DNA of 36,978 bases from Candidatus Omnitrophota bacterium (GTDB lineage: Bacteria > Omnitrophota > Gorgyraeia > JAHJTE01): contig JAHJTE010000003.1 of NCBI GenBank assembly GCA_018830005.1, forward strand, positions 265,674 through 302,651. Reading direction: 5' to 3'. The DNA itself is not shown here. Position 1 is the first letter of the stretch. More notes on this DNA, generated by a model. It saw only the letters and a program-made list of their open reading frames with translations. It made no database searches and was not told where the DNA came from.

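Noticed and set aside
1-36978. tRNA, rRNA, integrase, transposase, or intrinsic terminators
   Set aside because: None recognised. Intergenic regions are short and I saw no convincing GC hairpin followed by a U-tract.

Overview
Low-GC window, about 84% of which is one uninterrupted minus-strand ORF. It runs from 5827 to at least 36846 (10,339 aa) and has no in-frame stop up to the window edge at 36978, so the protein is at least 10,383 aa and probably longer. The protein is a modular mosaic. It carries five near-complete sigma-70-like domains plus two lone region-4 HTHs, and several duplicated unknown modules. Enzyme-like modules are PHP, CheD-like, isochorismatase-like, a truncated PPDK, transglutaminase-like, radical SAM, HExxH zincin-like, SAM-methyltransferase-like and a tandem LOG. 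Membrane segments occur only in the N-terminal third. Modules are joined by short recurrent linkers (HTQxILTDxLQPQAPP x2, PxxxDM/IFFGxxRxAH x3, NGGVS x3, LKRLTCLxDTxHTQKANP x2) that are highly similar at the DNA level. Several enzyme modules have lost catalytic residues. Directly downstream on the same strand lie a PilZ-HTH-ROK regulator and two stand-alone PilZ genes. These are followed by a small accessory block (HTH-nucleotidyltransferase/HEPN pair, Fic remnant, AAA-DUF4143 ATPase) and the 5' part of a GH94 phosphorylase that the ORF track missed. The giant multidomain gene and low GC suggest an Omnitrophota-like bacterium (inference). All domain calls are by motif recognition; no database searches were run.
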